From the NCBI GenBank assembly GCA_038243585.1, contig JBBSQY010000012.1:3314-67313 (forward strand): DNA of 64,000 bases. The letters are read 5' to 3'. The position numbers were made by a program, and so were the translations under genes. Origin of the DNA: Candidatus Sumerlaeales bacterium. Its GTDB lineage: Bacteria; Sumerlaeota; Sumerlaeia; Sumerlaeales; Sumerlaeaceae. The notes under the pieces were generated by a model. The model did no database searches and was not told the origin of the DNA. It saw only the letters and a list, made by a program, of their open reading frames with translations. Below, piece by piece: positions 43,535 through 52,779 of the stretch (position 1 is its first letter; each line of letters begins with the position of its first letter).

Positions 43535-44608
43535 TCACGCCGTGTGCTCTATACCGGCTTTGATGGTATCAGGGTTTAGCTGAGGCCACTCGTAACCACC
43601 AGGACTTGTGGCGAATTCAGGCTTTGCGAGTTCTGTTTCCAGATGCATTAGCGCTGTCAACGCGGTCGCGACGTTTGACGCCTGGTGAGCCCCTTCGAGA
43701 GACGGGCACAAGGTCATGCCATCGGCCAGCGCGTCGGAAAGATCCGTGGTCGCGGGCGTTTCAGTTGGGGTGGATTGAAAACGATAGCCGCTTAAACTTT
43801 CTGCCACGCCGGACATTTGGGACGGATTGATCGCCATTATCGGCTCAGCGGCTCCAATGTCATCACACCGGCGTCTTATTACATCGGTCACGGCACGCGA
43901 AGTACCCGGCGGCTGCGGCGCGACAATCGTTATGCCGTGAGGGCGGATAATTCCCGCCTTCTCCGCCGCGATGGCATGGACGCTATCTCCAAGAATTGCC
44001 GTATGATCCAAACCTATGGCCGTAATGATGTTGAGCAGCGGGCCCGCTGCCGGCCGATCGAACATATTTGTGGAATCCAGACGACCGCCCAAACCAGTCT
44101 CTACGATGGCTATATCGACCTGCTGCTCTGCAAAATGGACAAACGCTGCGGCGGTCAGTATTTCAAAGACCGTTCGAAATCCCGGATCGCCAACCGGCCG
44201 GACAGGACTGGCGCCGGTCTCGCCGTCATCTGTCATCATACGCCCAAGGTAACCGACCAGTCGGCAAAAATCGGCGTCCGATATCTCCGCGCCGTTTATC
44301 CGGATTCTTTCAGTAAAGCGGAACAGGTGGGGGGAAGTATACAGGCCGGTGCGAAAACCGCACCGGCGCAGGGCGGATTCTAAAAACGCGCAGGTGCTTC
44401 CTTTGCCCTTGGTTCCGGCGACATGGATGACAGCATAGCGCAGATGGGGATCTCCCAAAACGGTCAATTGTGCCCGAAACCTGTCCAAATCAAAAGCATG
44501 GGTATCATACTGTACAGCGCCGGTTCCCAGCATCCGCTCATAGTCGGTCATGGATAGCAGCCAGGCTTCGGCCTGAGAGTAATCAGAAATTGGAGGCATT
44601 ATGGGCAT
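43535..44608 (-). CDS. folC: Folylpolyglutamate synthase/dihydrofolate synthase, N-terminal fragment (ends at an in-frame TGA at a conserved Trp)
   Basis: The P-loop is HVAGTKGKGSTCAF, followed by LYTSPHLFRFTERIRING. The ORF ends ...GIEHTA-TGA-PGRFQLID, where FolC proteins have WPGRF. Confidence 0.85.
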   Translation of the reverse strand: MPIMPPISDYSQAEAWLLSMTDYERMLGTGAVQYDTHAFDLDRFRAQLTVLGDPHLRYAVIHVAGTKGKGSTCAFLESALRRCGFRTGLYTSPHLFRFTERIRINGAEISDADFCRLVGYLGRMMTDDGETGASPVRPVGDPGFRTVFEILTAAAFVHFAEQQVDIAIVETGLGGRLDSTNMFDRPAAGPLLNIITAIGLDHTAILGDSVHAIAAEKAGIIRPHGITIVAPQPPGTSRAVTDVIRRRCDDIGAAEPIMAINPSQMSGVAESLSGYRFQSTPTETPATTDLSDALADGMTLCPSLEGAHQASNVATALTALMHLETELAKPEFATSPGGYEWPQLNPDTIKAGIEHTA

Positions 44609-44923
44609 GGCATTATACTATACAGCAGCAAGAGGCCTCAACTCATTACGGATTTTGGTTTGCGCAATGCCGGTGTCTCTCTTGCGGCCAGCGCTCCAAA
44701 GCGGTAATAGTTACCTGTTGTAAGTTTCGCCCATTTTTAAAATTTGTACTTCATTAATTAAAATGAGGAACGATTTCTGCTTAATTCCTTGTTGAATACG
44801 GAATTCCACCTGTTGGATATGCGTAGCATTCGATAACGAAGCAAGGCCGGTTAAAATTTTACAAGTATCCAACCATTGATCTTATCTAAAATCCCAATCT
44901 TTTTAACTACTAAGGAACCGCGG

Positions 44924-46609
44924 ATGCCCGCAGGACAAGCTGCCCGTGCAATAACTGTATCCATGATGGTGGCCTTTTCCATCTGCGCAGGTGCTGTCCA
45001 GTGCGAAACCGTTTGGTCTGGCGACGCTGATTCCGCTGTGTTCATAAAACAACCACTGGAGCTGGCGCAGATACTGGAAGCGCCGACAGAGGAGCAAGAA
45101 GCACCCGAAGCTGCCGCTGACAGGCCCTCCTCAGCCGATCCTGATTCGTCTTCGCCTGAAGCAAATGCCGATACATTAAGCACGGAAGACGCCGACAGTG
45201 GCGAATTTGTTTTCGCAGGCGACCTGGCGAAGACGTTGAGAAAAATCGATCCTAAGGCTAAGGTGGATTGGGACGGGAAAATGCTTCGCATCCGGGCCAA
45301 CGGTCAGGATTTTTCGATCTTCCCAACCGGCGAGGAAATGGTGATCAACGGAGATGTTGAGGCCAAGACCCCTCCATTGAAGTTTAGAAATGGGGAAGTT
45401 TATGTGCCCCAGAACATCGTTTCCCGAATTGGGGTGGAACTGGAAAAGAAGGTTGCCCCCGCGGTTACTGATTTACCGTCAACGGCATCTGCCGCGCTTA
45501 CGCCTACGCCCGCACCCATTCTGACTCCGACGCCCGTAGTTTCGCCGGAGCCGTCGCCTTCAGGCGGAATCCTGCCGGATGTCGGACCTCTGATAGCGAC
45601 GCCAACTCCAAAAACAACAGATACACCGGCATCCATATTACCTGATGTAGTCCTATCTCCCACCCCGGCGGCAACGCCTGTTCCGGTGGTTGTAACTCCG
45701 GCCACATCTGAGGCTACCCCGTTTCCGCAGGCTACCGCTGCCCCTACGCCAACCCCGACACCCACTCCGACGCCAACGCCGACTCCAACACCAGCACCTA
45801 ATAAGGCAGAGATATCTGAAGCCGCGAAGCGCAATGCCACGCTGAGCACGGAGAGTTTTAAAGCGGCGCTGCGCGACCGGGTATCGGTGAGCACACAGGC
45901 CATGGCAACCTTTAACATGACCCAGCTTGAAGCGATGGCAGCCACCCGCAAGGTTACTAAAATCGTTATACATCCGGATGAAAGCGGTCTGGAGCGGGAA
46001 GATGAATACGGCAAAGAAAGTGCCCGCATTTCTCTCGAAATTGCTCAAAAATTGAAAAACCAATTGGACACGGCCGGGATTGATGCGGAACTTTCCAGGC
46101 AGAACGAAGATCCCGTGACAATCGGCAAAAGCATAGAACTGATCAGCAAGAGCGGCGCGCAGGCGCTTATTGTGGTCTCGGTCGGCTACAGCACAGCTTT
46201 TAAAGATCTTGGCGGCTATCGTGTATTTTATATGAACGAGTCCGTAGATTTTAACAGCCTGCAACCGCGCACGTTCGACGGCTCGGAGGTTGTACCGTCT
46301 GAGCTGAACTACCGTCCTTTTCAAGGGGCTAGCAAGGTACTTGCTTCTTCCGTTAAGAATAGCATAAGTGCTACCCTTGATCGTGAACCAGTGGGTACCA
46401 ATCCTGCTCCTCAATATCTGACCAGGCGGGCGCCCATGGCTTCTGCCGCTGTAGTGGTGGGCTATTTAAGCAACCCTGCTGATGCACAAAGACTTACGGA
46501 TGTGGCACAGCAGGACGCCATGGCCAAAGCCCTGGCTGAGGGGCTGCTAAATTTTGCAGCCCAGGTAAGCCAAGGCAAAGCCGCCGGCGATGGATCGGGA
46601 GAACAATGA
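44924..46609 (+). CDS. Secreted amidase_3-like (N-acetylmuramoyl-L-alanine amidase fold) protein with a stalk domain and Pro/Thr linker; the catalytic His ligands appear substituted
   Basis: An AAGGAA Shine-Dalgarno sequence precedes ATG 44924. The N-terminal domain is copper-amine-oxidase-N-like (FRNGEVYVPQNIVSRIG). The amidase_3-like core reads IVIHPDESG...KESARISLEIAQKL...ALIVVSVGYS...GYRVFY. Confidence 0.6.
   Translation: MPAGQAARAITVSMMVAFSICAGAVQCETVWSGDADSAVFIKQPLELAQILEAPTEEQEAPEAAADRPSSADPDSSSPEANADTLSTEDADSGEFVFAGDLAKTLRKIDPKAKVDWDGKMLRIRANGQDFSIFPTGEEMVINGDVEAKTPPLKFRNGEVYVPQNIVSRIGVELEKKVAPAVTDLPSTASAALTPTPAPILTPTPVVSPEPSPSGGILPDVGPLIATPTPKTTDTPASILPDVVLSPTPAATPVPVVVTPATSEATPFPQATAAPTPTPTPTPTPTPTPTPAPNKAEISEAAKRNATLSTESFKAALRDRVSVSTQAMATFNMTQLEAMAATRKVTKIVIHPDESGLEREDEYGKESARISLEIAQKLKNQLDTAGIDAELSRQNEDPVTIGKSIELISKSGAQALIVVSVGYSTAFKDLGGYRVFYMNESVDFNSLQPRTFDGSEVVPSELNYRPFQGASKVLASSVKNSISATLDREPVGTNPAPQYLTRRAPMASAAVVVGYLSNPADAQRLTDVAQQDAMAKALAEGLLNFAAQVSQGKAAGDGSGEQ
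45743..45799 (+). repeat. Low-complexity (Pro-Thr)n coding repeat
   Basis: It encodes PTPTPTPTPTPTPTPAP within the linker of the amidase-like protein. Confidence 0.8.
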
Positions 46610-47211
46610 GTATGGAGCCGAATCAAAGAGACCCGGGATTTGCACGGTTCGCCTTTACGGTTATCACAATTGCCTTGGTGGTTGTGACGCTGGGGCTTAC
46701 GGGCATCTATTATGTATTCCAGGCAGGCGGCCCCGGCGGCGCGAAACGGTCGCTCAATATTTTGCGTGACAGAAACGCTCTTCCTCCAAATCAGGCCATG
46801 CTATACTATACCAAGGATGGCAAGCAACTGGTGGGAACCCCAGTGACCCTCGGTGATCTTGGAATGAACCACAGCGAAAAAGCCCGCCGAATTGTGGTGG
46901 CTTTGCTGGAAGGTGAGCGCAATGTGGGAATGAAGTCAGCGGTGCCCGAAGGCACAAGCCTGAAGAACGTCTTTGTGAACGATGAAGAAGTCGTGGTAAA
47001 CCTTTCATCGCACATGATTTCAAATCTGCACGGAGGAATTGACGCGGAACTGCTGGCCGTGTATGCCGTGGTCAACAGTCTTCTGTTTAATCTCGAAGGC
47101 ATTGACGCGGTGCAGATTCTTGTGGAAGATGAAAAGCTGCCCACGCTTGGTGGAAACATAGACATCAGTATTCCGCTGATTGCCAACGCTGCCATTACGC
47201 GCACCGGGTAA
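46606..47211 (+). CDS. GerMN domain-containing protein
   Basis: It has an N-terminal anchor. The GerMN-like core is ARRIVVALLEGERNVGMKSAVPEGTSLKNVFVNDEEVVVNLS...AVYAVVNSLL.LEGIDAVQILVEDE. It is ATGA-coupled to the upstream gene. Confidence 0.7.
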   Translation: MSMEPNQRDPGFARFAFTVITIALVVVTLGLTGIYYVFQAGGPGGAKRSLNILRDRNALPPNQAMLYYTKDGKQLVGTPVTLGDLGMNHSEKARRIVVALLEGERNVGMKSAVPEGTSLKNVFVNDEEVVVNLSSHMISNLHGGIDAELLAVYAVVNSLLFNLEGIDAVQILVEDEKLPTLGGNIDISIPLIANAAITRTG

Positions 47212-47355
47212 TTCTAGCAAAGAGCCTCGCCTGCGTCAGTGGATGCGATGCCAGGACAGGCACTTAACAAACTTTTCGCTGATCGCCCGCCGAACAAAGC
47301 CGGAGCGCTTTTCCTTCTTTTGAATTCTCCGTGTAAACGCGGGTTTAGCTTTTTA

Positions 47356-48399
47356 ATGGAACCCGACAATAATCAACCCGGTCAAACTGACCCGCTGCCT
47401 GACGGCCAGCACGTAGACAGCCTCTCAAACTCCGCAGTTGCCGGCCCGGCCGGCGAAGAATTTCGTTCTGGATTTGTTGCCATTCTTGGCAAGCCGAACG
47501 CTGGAAAGTCTACCTTGATGAACGCCATTGTTGGCGAAAAGGTAGCCATAACCTCCGACAAACCACAGACCACCCGCGACAGGATCGCCGGAATTTTTAC
47601 AACAACGCGGTTCCAGATGATTTTCCTGGATACGCCGGGCGTTCTGGTGCCGCAGGATCGCTTTAATGAGGCGCTGGTTCACCGCGCCGCTGACGCCCTT
47701 CAGGGCGTGGATGTTATCTACCATCTGATCGACGCCTCTGATCGGGAACCGCCTAACGAACGGATCGCCCAGATACTTAACAAAGTTCCTAAATCGACGA
47801 TCCGTTTCCTGGTCATCAATAAAATCGATAAAAAATTTCCGGGCGGTTCGGATGGAAAACCGTTTGTGCCGCCGGGCGTGAACACTGCGGATTACGATCA
47901 GATGTTTATGATCTCCGCCCTAAAAAAACACGCGCTGGATATTCTGATTGAGAGTACCTATCGCCAGCTAAAGCCCGGTCCTCTCTTTTATGACGCTGAA
48001 CAGGTTTCAGATAAAGACATGAGATTTCTCGTGGCGGAGATCGTGCGGGAAAAAGTATTCCGCCGCACCGGAGCTGAAATTCCTTATTCTGTTTATACGG
48101 AGACGGAAGAGTTCGTGGAGCGGACGGGAAAAGATTTCATCCGCGTGATGATTTATACCGAACGCGACAGCCAGAAAGGTATCATTATTGGCGACGGCGG
48201 ACGGGTGCTTAAGGATATCGGGACTGACGCCCGACGCGCCATTGAAACTCTGACGGGGAAGCCATGCTTTCTGGAACTCTGGGTGAAGGTGCGCAAAGAC
48301 TGGCGCAAGAAGGAATTCGATCTCAATCACTTTGGCTTCAAGCTGCCAAAATCACGGAAGCCTTCCAAACCCAAAAAAGGGAACCCTCCCATCACATGA
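47356..48399 (+). CDS. era: GTPase Era
   Basis: The G1 motif is GKPNAGKSTL, G2 is QTTR and G3 is DTPG. The C-terminal KH domain contains VREKVFRRTGAEIPYS. The start is taken at ATG 47356; the ORF track starts at 47239. Confidence 0.88.
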   Translation: MEPDNNQPGQTDPLPDGQHVDSLSNSAVAGPAGEEFRSGFVAILGKPNAGKSTLMNAIVGEKVAITSDKPQTTRDRIAGIFTTTRFQMIFLDTPGVLVPQDRFNEALVHRAADALQGVDVIYHLIDASDREPPNERIAQILNKVPKSTIRFLVINKIDKKFPGGSDGKPFVPPGVNTADYDQMFMISALKKHALDILIESTYRQLKPGPLFYDAEQVSDKDMRFLVAEIVREKVFRRTGAEIPYSVYTETEEFVERTGKDFIRVMIYTERDSQKGIIIGDGGRVLKDIGTDARRAIETLTGKPCFLELWVKVRKDWRKKEFDLNHFGFKLPKSRKPSKPKKGNPPIT

Positions 48400-49748
48400 A
48401 CGGTTGCAACTTTTCAGGCTTTTTCGTATCAATGCAGGTGTGTCGACAAGCCGCTACAACACTCTGCCTTGCTCTTGCGACAGCTTTTTCTCCAGCCCCG
48501 GCAACCGCTCAGCAGCCGACAACCACCACACAGGTGGCTGATACTCAAGATACGTCTACGGATTTTTTGAGTGATGACGGATGGCGCTCCCTTTCCCGGG
48601 AGCAGCGCCACGAGCGTTCGCGGCGCGCCATGATTGCCCGTTATATTCCTGACGGCAGTGCCCCAAAGGTTGAAGACCTTGACCGCTATGTGGAAAAATT
48701 TGGCGCTTTTACTGTTTACGATCCCCGCTATTATCTGTATAAAGTAACTGCGTCCCATGTGCCCGGCACCACCGGTTCTGTGGTACTCAGTGGTGAAAGT
48801 TATCCGCATCATTACGGCGCCGGAGTGCAAGATGCGCTGGAATCGCTGGGCTTCAATGTCACAGAAAACAAGGTGACAGCGCTGCCGAACCTGGCCGCCG
48901 GCCAGGCGCCTTACGGCATATCTACGACGAGTGCAGCCACCTTGCGGCGCGAACCCCGTGCCCGGGCCGAACAACTTAACAGTATCGCTCTTGGCGGTTG
49001 GATCCGCGTGTTACGTTCTGCCAATGATACAGACCTCTCCGCAGGAACAACGAGTTTCCGGCGTGGTCCGGGCGCTGACAAGCTTGAGAATGATATTCCC
49101 GGCGACTGGGTTCTTGCTCAAACTATGGAAGGTTATTTAGGATTTGCGCGCAAAGCGGACTTTGAAATGCGCGAGGACTACCAGCTTCCAGACGGAATTT
49201 TGACACTGCCACTGGCCGCGTCTGATGCCGCCACGACTTTGCCGGCGGGTGTATTTGTTTATGGCGATCCTCAAGCCGGATGGCGTTTATTTTCCGGGGA
49301 AAAACTTCCGGCCACGGCCAGGGTGTCTGATCTACGGTCCAATTTTACCGCCGAGCAGATTGAAGCGCTGATGAAACCGTTTATGGAAACCCGCTATGTA
49401 TGGGGCGGCGTGACGGACGAAGGAATTGATTGCAGCGGCTTTTCTCAGTTTTTTATGCGGACTGCCGGAGTGATGATTCCGCGCGACGCGGTCCAGCAGG
49501 CTACGGGCGGGCATATCGTGGCATGGGGCCAGGATGTTTTAAAAAAGGCGAAGCCGGGGGACCTGATTTTCTTTGCCACCGATTCCGGGCGAATCAACCA
49601 TGTTGCCGTCAGCCTGGGGAATGAACGTATTATACATTCCGCCGGCAAGGGTGTCCATTTGACGCGGCTGGATGAGCCTAAAGATTCTGACTCAGATGAA
49701 GCGTATGGCGGACGGGTGTTGTTTGCCAGGCGAATGGCGGCGCGGTAG
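48396..49748 (+). CDS. NlpC/P60 (C40) cell-wall peptidase with N-terminal SH3-like domains
   Basis: The C-terminal region YVWGGVTDEGIDCSGFSQFF...INHVAVSL...IIHS carries the Cys-His catalytic motifs. It has a signal peptide after the ATG at 48396, which overlaps the era stop as ATGA. Confidence 0.8.
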   Translation: MNGCNFSGFFVSMQVCRQAATTLCLALATAFSPAPATAQQPTTTTQVADTQDTSTDFLSDDGWRSLSREQRHERSRRAMIARYIPDGSAPKVEDLDRYVEKFGAFTVYDPRYYLYKVTASHVPGTTGSVVLSGESYPHHYGAGVQDALESLGFNVTENKVTALPNLAAGQAPYGISTTSAATLRREPRARAEQLNSIALGGWIRVLRSANDTDLSAGTTSFRRGPGADKLENDIPGDWVLAQTMEGYLGFARKADFEMREDYQLPDGILTLPLAASDAATTLPAGVFVYGDPQAGWRLFSGEKLPATARVSDLRSNFTAEQIEALMKPFMETRYVWGGVTDEGIDCSGFSQFFMRTAGVMIPRDAVQQATGGHIVAWGQDVLKKAKPGDLIFFATDSGRINHVAVSLGNERIIHSAGKGVHLTRLDEPKDSDSDEAYGGRVLFARRMAAR

Positions 49749-49845
49749 GCGCGGAGTAAAGCATTTGACGCAAAGTCGCAAAGGACGCTAAGGAAAAGCT
49801 GAAGCAAGAGGAGTATCAGGAAATTAGCTGAGCTGATGTAAATCT

Positions 49846-52554
49846 TCAGTCCCTGTCCATGCTGCCCCGTGTCACGCCCAGTTTGCTTACTGCCTTTAGT
49901 TCTTTCCAGACCTGGCGGCCATCTTTTTCGCCTCTAATGGCGGGCAGGTAGGCGGTTATGGCTTTTGCAGTTTCGTCTGCTGTTTGCGCTATCAGTTCTA
50001 TGCGGTATCGCCGGACGCCAGCGCCCAGCAGGCGATCCAGATATGCGCTGCCGCTTTGCGGAATGGCATTATAGACGGTGTTGCGGCACCCGGCGTCGGC
50101 CTTTACCGGGTGGTGGTACCCCAAGCGATCGCGTAATTCTATTTCATGACTTTCGCAGGGCCTGCCACAATTGGTAAAGTCTGTACCTTCGCTTAAAAAC
50201 CGGCAAAACACGCAGTGCTCCATGTGAAACATGGGCAATTGCTGATGGATTGTTACTTCGAACCATTCCGGATGGGAGTGGCCGAGCAAATCGCAGAGCT
50301 GATCAATGTTGAGATCATAGCTGGGCGTGAGGCGGGCGAAGCCGTTTTCCATAAGGAGGGCAGCGGTTAGATCATTGGATACGTTGAGGCTGTAATCCGC
50401 AAGCAATGGCAGGTTTGGCGTGGTGCGCAGAATCTCCCATGCGGCCAGGCTACGGACAAGCACGGCGTCGGGCTGGGATTCCATGAGTTTTCGCACAAAG
50501 GGGGCTTCGCCCGGCTTTATGACACGAAGGGTCGCGGGGATGAATCGCTTCTGGCCGGGCGAAATGAGGGCGCGGGCTTCGCGGTGGAGGCGGATGTCCT
50601 CGAAGTCTGTATAGATGGTGTCGACGCCGGGGTGATCTATGGATGCGCGGACCTGGTCGAGGGTGCGGCAGAGGACGGAGAGGGATGCAGTGGCGGGGGT
50701 GGTTGCGGCGGAAGAAACCATCGGTTCAGTTGGTGTAGATTTGGAACCTGAGGTGACCTGATTGATCCTGGCGCTAATTTCGTCCCGGATTCGCACGTCC
50801 GACAGCGTGGGAACTGGCTCGCTGGACGCCGGGGCTCCGAGGGAGAGATTTTCAGGGCGGGTCCCGGTTCGGCGGTTGGTATTTCTTTCGGCGAGGGTTT
50901 GTAACAGCGCATCCACGGCCGTGCGGCGGAGCGCGTTCAAGCGACTCATGGGGACCATCAGGTCTCCCTGGAGATCGGCATCTATTTTTTCAAGGAAGAA
51001 AGGGGTGCCGCCGAGGCGGCCTATCTGATCTCGCAGGACTTGTTCAGTAAGCGGACGTGCCATAGCATATTCCGCTTGCTCGACATCTTCGACGAAAACG
51101 GATTCTCCCTGGGCGTGGGTGAGAGTCAAACGCAGGGGCGCCCCAACCCGGCCCTGAACATGGGCATGGACCGGACGTCGAAAACGGGGGGCCTCTCCGG
51201 CAAAGGTTTCCGCGAGGCGCTTATCGAGGGCGGGGTCGCTTGTTTTCCAGACCCGATCGCCCGGGTTAATGCGGGAAAAATTTAAAGCACCGCGCCCAAA
51301 GCGGAGAATGGCATCCAGGGGACTATCTGGAGAGGTAATATTTGCCGTCTCAGAATTGGCTCGCCGAGGCGCCCGGGAAGAACTCTCGTGTTCTTCTATC
51401 TCGTAAACCCGCCCACCTTGCTCATCGCCGTCGGGGCGTCCGGCGTCAAAGACCACGCCATCGCCCGGTTTCAGAGGAGCGACCAGACGCATGGCGACAC
51501 TATCACGAGAAACGTCCAGAACTTCGCCCAGGTAAAGACCGCGCTTCTTGGGGAATCGCCCCTCTACCACAGCCTGGTGATCTGTCGCGTGGAGGTATCC
51601 GCCGGTAAATCCCCGGCTGAAGGTCATCTCAAGCATCTCGCGGGTGTCCATGTCCATGACCGGATCGATGACCTCCCCGGCGGCACCCATCACTTCATCC
51701 ACGGCCTTGCGGTAAGCCTGCACCGTCGCCGCAACGTACTCCGGGCTTTTAAGCCGTCCTTCGATTTTAAGGCTGACTATGCCGGCGCGGATAAGGGCAC
51801 CGATATCTTCGTAGCCGGCGAGGTCTTTTGGCGACAATAGATAGCGCACATCGCCCAGATCCTGCTTTTGGTCATCGACGATCAAATCATAAGGAAGGCG
51901 GCATGCCTGGGCACACTCGCCCCGGTTGGCACTGCGCCCGCCGAGGGCTTCGCTGGTGAGGCACTGACCGCTGTACGCCACGCAGATGGCCCCATGGACA
52001 AAAACCTCGATCTCTTTATCTGTGCCCCGGCGCATCGTGCGAAGTTCTTTCAGGCTGGTCTCTCGGGCGGCTACTACACGTTCCAGACGCAGCCCAAGGG
52101 CTTCGGCTCCGAGAATGGATTCGGCAGCGGTAAGGGTCATTTGCGTGCTGGCGTGGACAGGAAGGTCTGGGGCAATCTGCGCGCATAAATGCGCCAGCCC
52201 AAGATCCTGGACGAGCACTGCGTCTACCCCGGCGCGGCTGCAGGCCATGACCACCTGCGCGATAGCAGGCAGTTCCGATGCAAAAACCAGCGTGTTCAAG
52301 GTCACATAACCACGCACGCCTCGAGTGTGCAGCCAGGCCATGATCTCCGGCAATTCAGCGAGGGAGAAGTTTGCGGCGCGTATGCGGGCGTTGAATTCCT
52401 GCAGGCCAAAATATACGGCATCCGCTCCGTTTTCGATGGCAGCGCGCATCATTTCGCGGTTTCCAGCAGGGGCGAGGATTTCCGGGCGGGAAGCGGCTGG
52501 CAAAGGCTGATTTTCGGGAGATTGTTCCCGGGCAATTTCAAGGATATGGTTCAC
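49846..52554 (-). CDS. Peptidase U32-family protein, long fused form (U32 + DUF3656-like + second U32-like C-terminal module)
   Basis: The N-terminus ILAPAGNREMMRAAIENGADAVYFGLQEFNARIRAANF is typical of U32. A Cys-rich segment reads EALGGRSANRGECAQACR. Total length is 902 aa. Confidence 0.75.
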   Translation of the reverse strand: MNHILEIAREQSPENQPLPAASRPEILAPAGNREMMRAAIENGADAVYFGLQEFNARIRAANFSLAELPEIMAWLHTRGVRGYVTLNTLVFASELPAIAQVVMACSRAGVDAVLVQDLGLAHLCAQIAPDLPVHASTQMTLTAAESILGAEALGLRLERVVAARETSLKELRTMRRGTDKEIEVFVHGAICVAYSGQCLTSEALGGRSANRGECAQACRLPYDLIVDDQKQDLGDVRYLLSPKDLAGYEDIGALIRAGIVSLKIEGRLKSPEYVAATVQAYRKAVDEVMGAAGEVIDPVMDMDTREMLEMTFSRGFTGGYLHATDHQAVVEGRFPKKRGLYLGEVLDVSRDSVAMRLVAPLKPGDGVVFDAGRPDGDEQGGRVYEIEEHESSSRAPRRANSETANITSPDSPLDAILRFGRGALNFSRINPGDRVWKTSDPALDKRLAETFAGEAPRFRRPVHAHVQGRVGAPLRLTLTHAQGESVFVEDVEQAEYAMARPLTEQVLRDQIGRLGGTPFFLEKIDADLQGDLMVPMSRLNALRRTAVDALLQTLAERNTNRRTGTRPENLSLGAPASSEPVPTLSDVRIRDEISARINQVTSGSKSTPTEPMVSSAATTPATASLSVLCRTLDQVRASIDHPGVDTIYTDFEDIRLHREARALISPGQKRFIPATLRVIKPGEAPFVRKLMESQPDAVLVRSLAAWEILRTTPNLPLLADYSLNVSNDLTAALLMENGFARLTPSYDLNIDQLCDLLGHSHPEWFEVTIHQQLPMFHMEHCVFCRFLSEGTDFTNCGRPCESHEIELRDRLGYHHPVKADAGCRNTVYNAIPQSGSAYLDRLLGAGVRRYRIELIAQTADETAKAITAYLPAIRGEKDGRQVWKELKAVSKLGVTRGSMDRD

Positions 52555-52694
52555 AGGAAAAGGGACAGCGGGCGCGGGGAAGCATTCGGATTGGTTGGAG
52601 GTGTCTTTTACTGATGCGCGTTGATTAACCTTCGACGGAAACTATTTACGTAAATACGACTCTAACCGGTAGCACGGGCACTTTGCTATTTTTC

Positions 52695-52723
52695 TTGACG
52701 CGTGTATACGCGTTTATCATATT
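52695..52723 (+). promoter_or_regulatory. Candidate sigma70-type promoter (TTGACG-17-CATATT) with ACGCGT-gtat-ACGCGT in the spacer
   Basis: It lies about 55 nt upstream of ATG 52780. Motif match only. Confidence 0.3.
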
Positions 52724-52779
52724 CGACATTATGCGAGCTAAGTACCGCCCGTGATCATTTGCAGCAAAAAAGGGAGACC

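Noticed and set aside
43535-43537. Genome-wide reassignment of TGA to Trp (genetic code 4-like)
   Set aside because: Many well-conserved genes in the window terminate at TGA at their expected C-termini, including the three fibre paralogs, treS, era and the folC-adjacent genes. No other gene needs TGA readthrough.
45743-45799. (ACN CCN)n periodic sequence as a possible microsatellite or CRISPR-like array
   Set aside because: It is an in-frame Pro-Thr linker inside the amidase-like protein. It has no spacers and no repeat-spacer periodicity.
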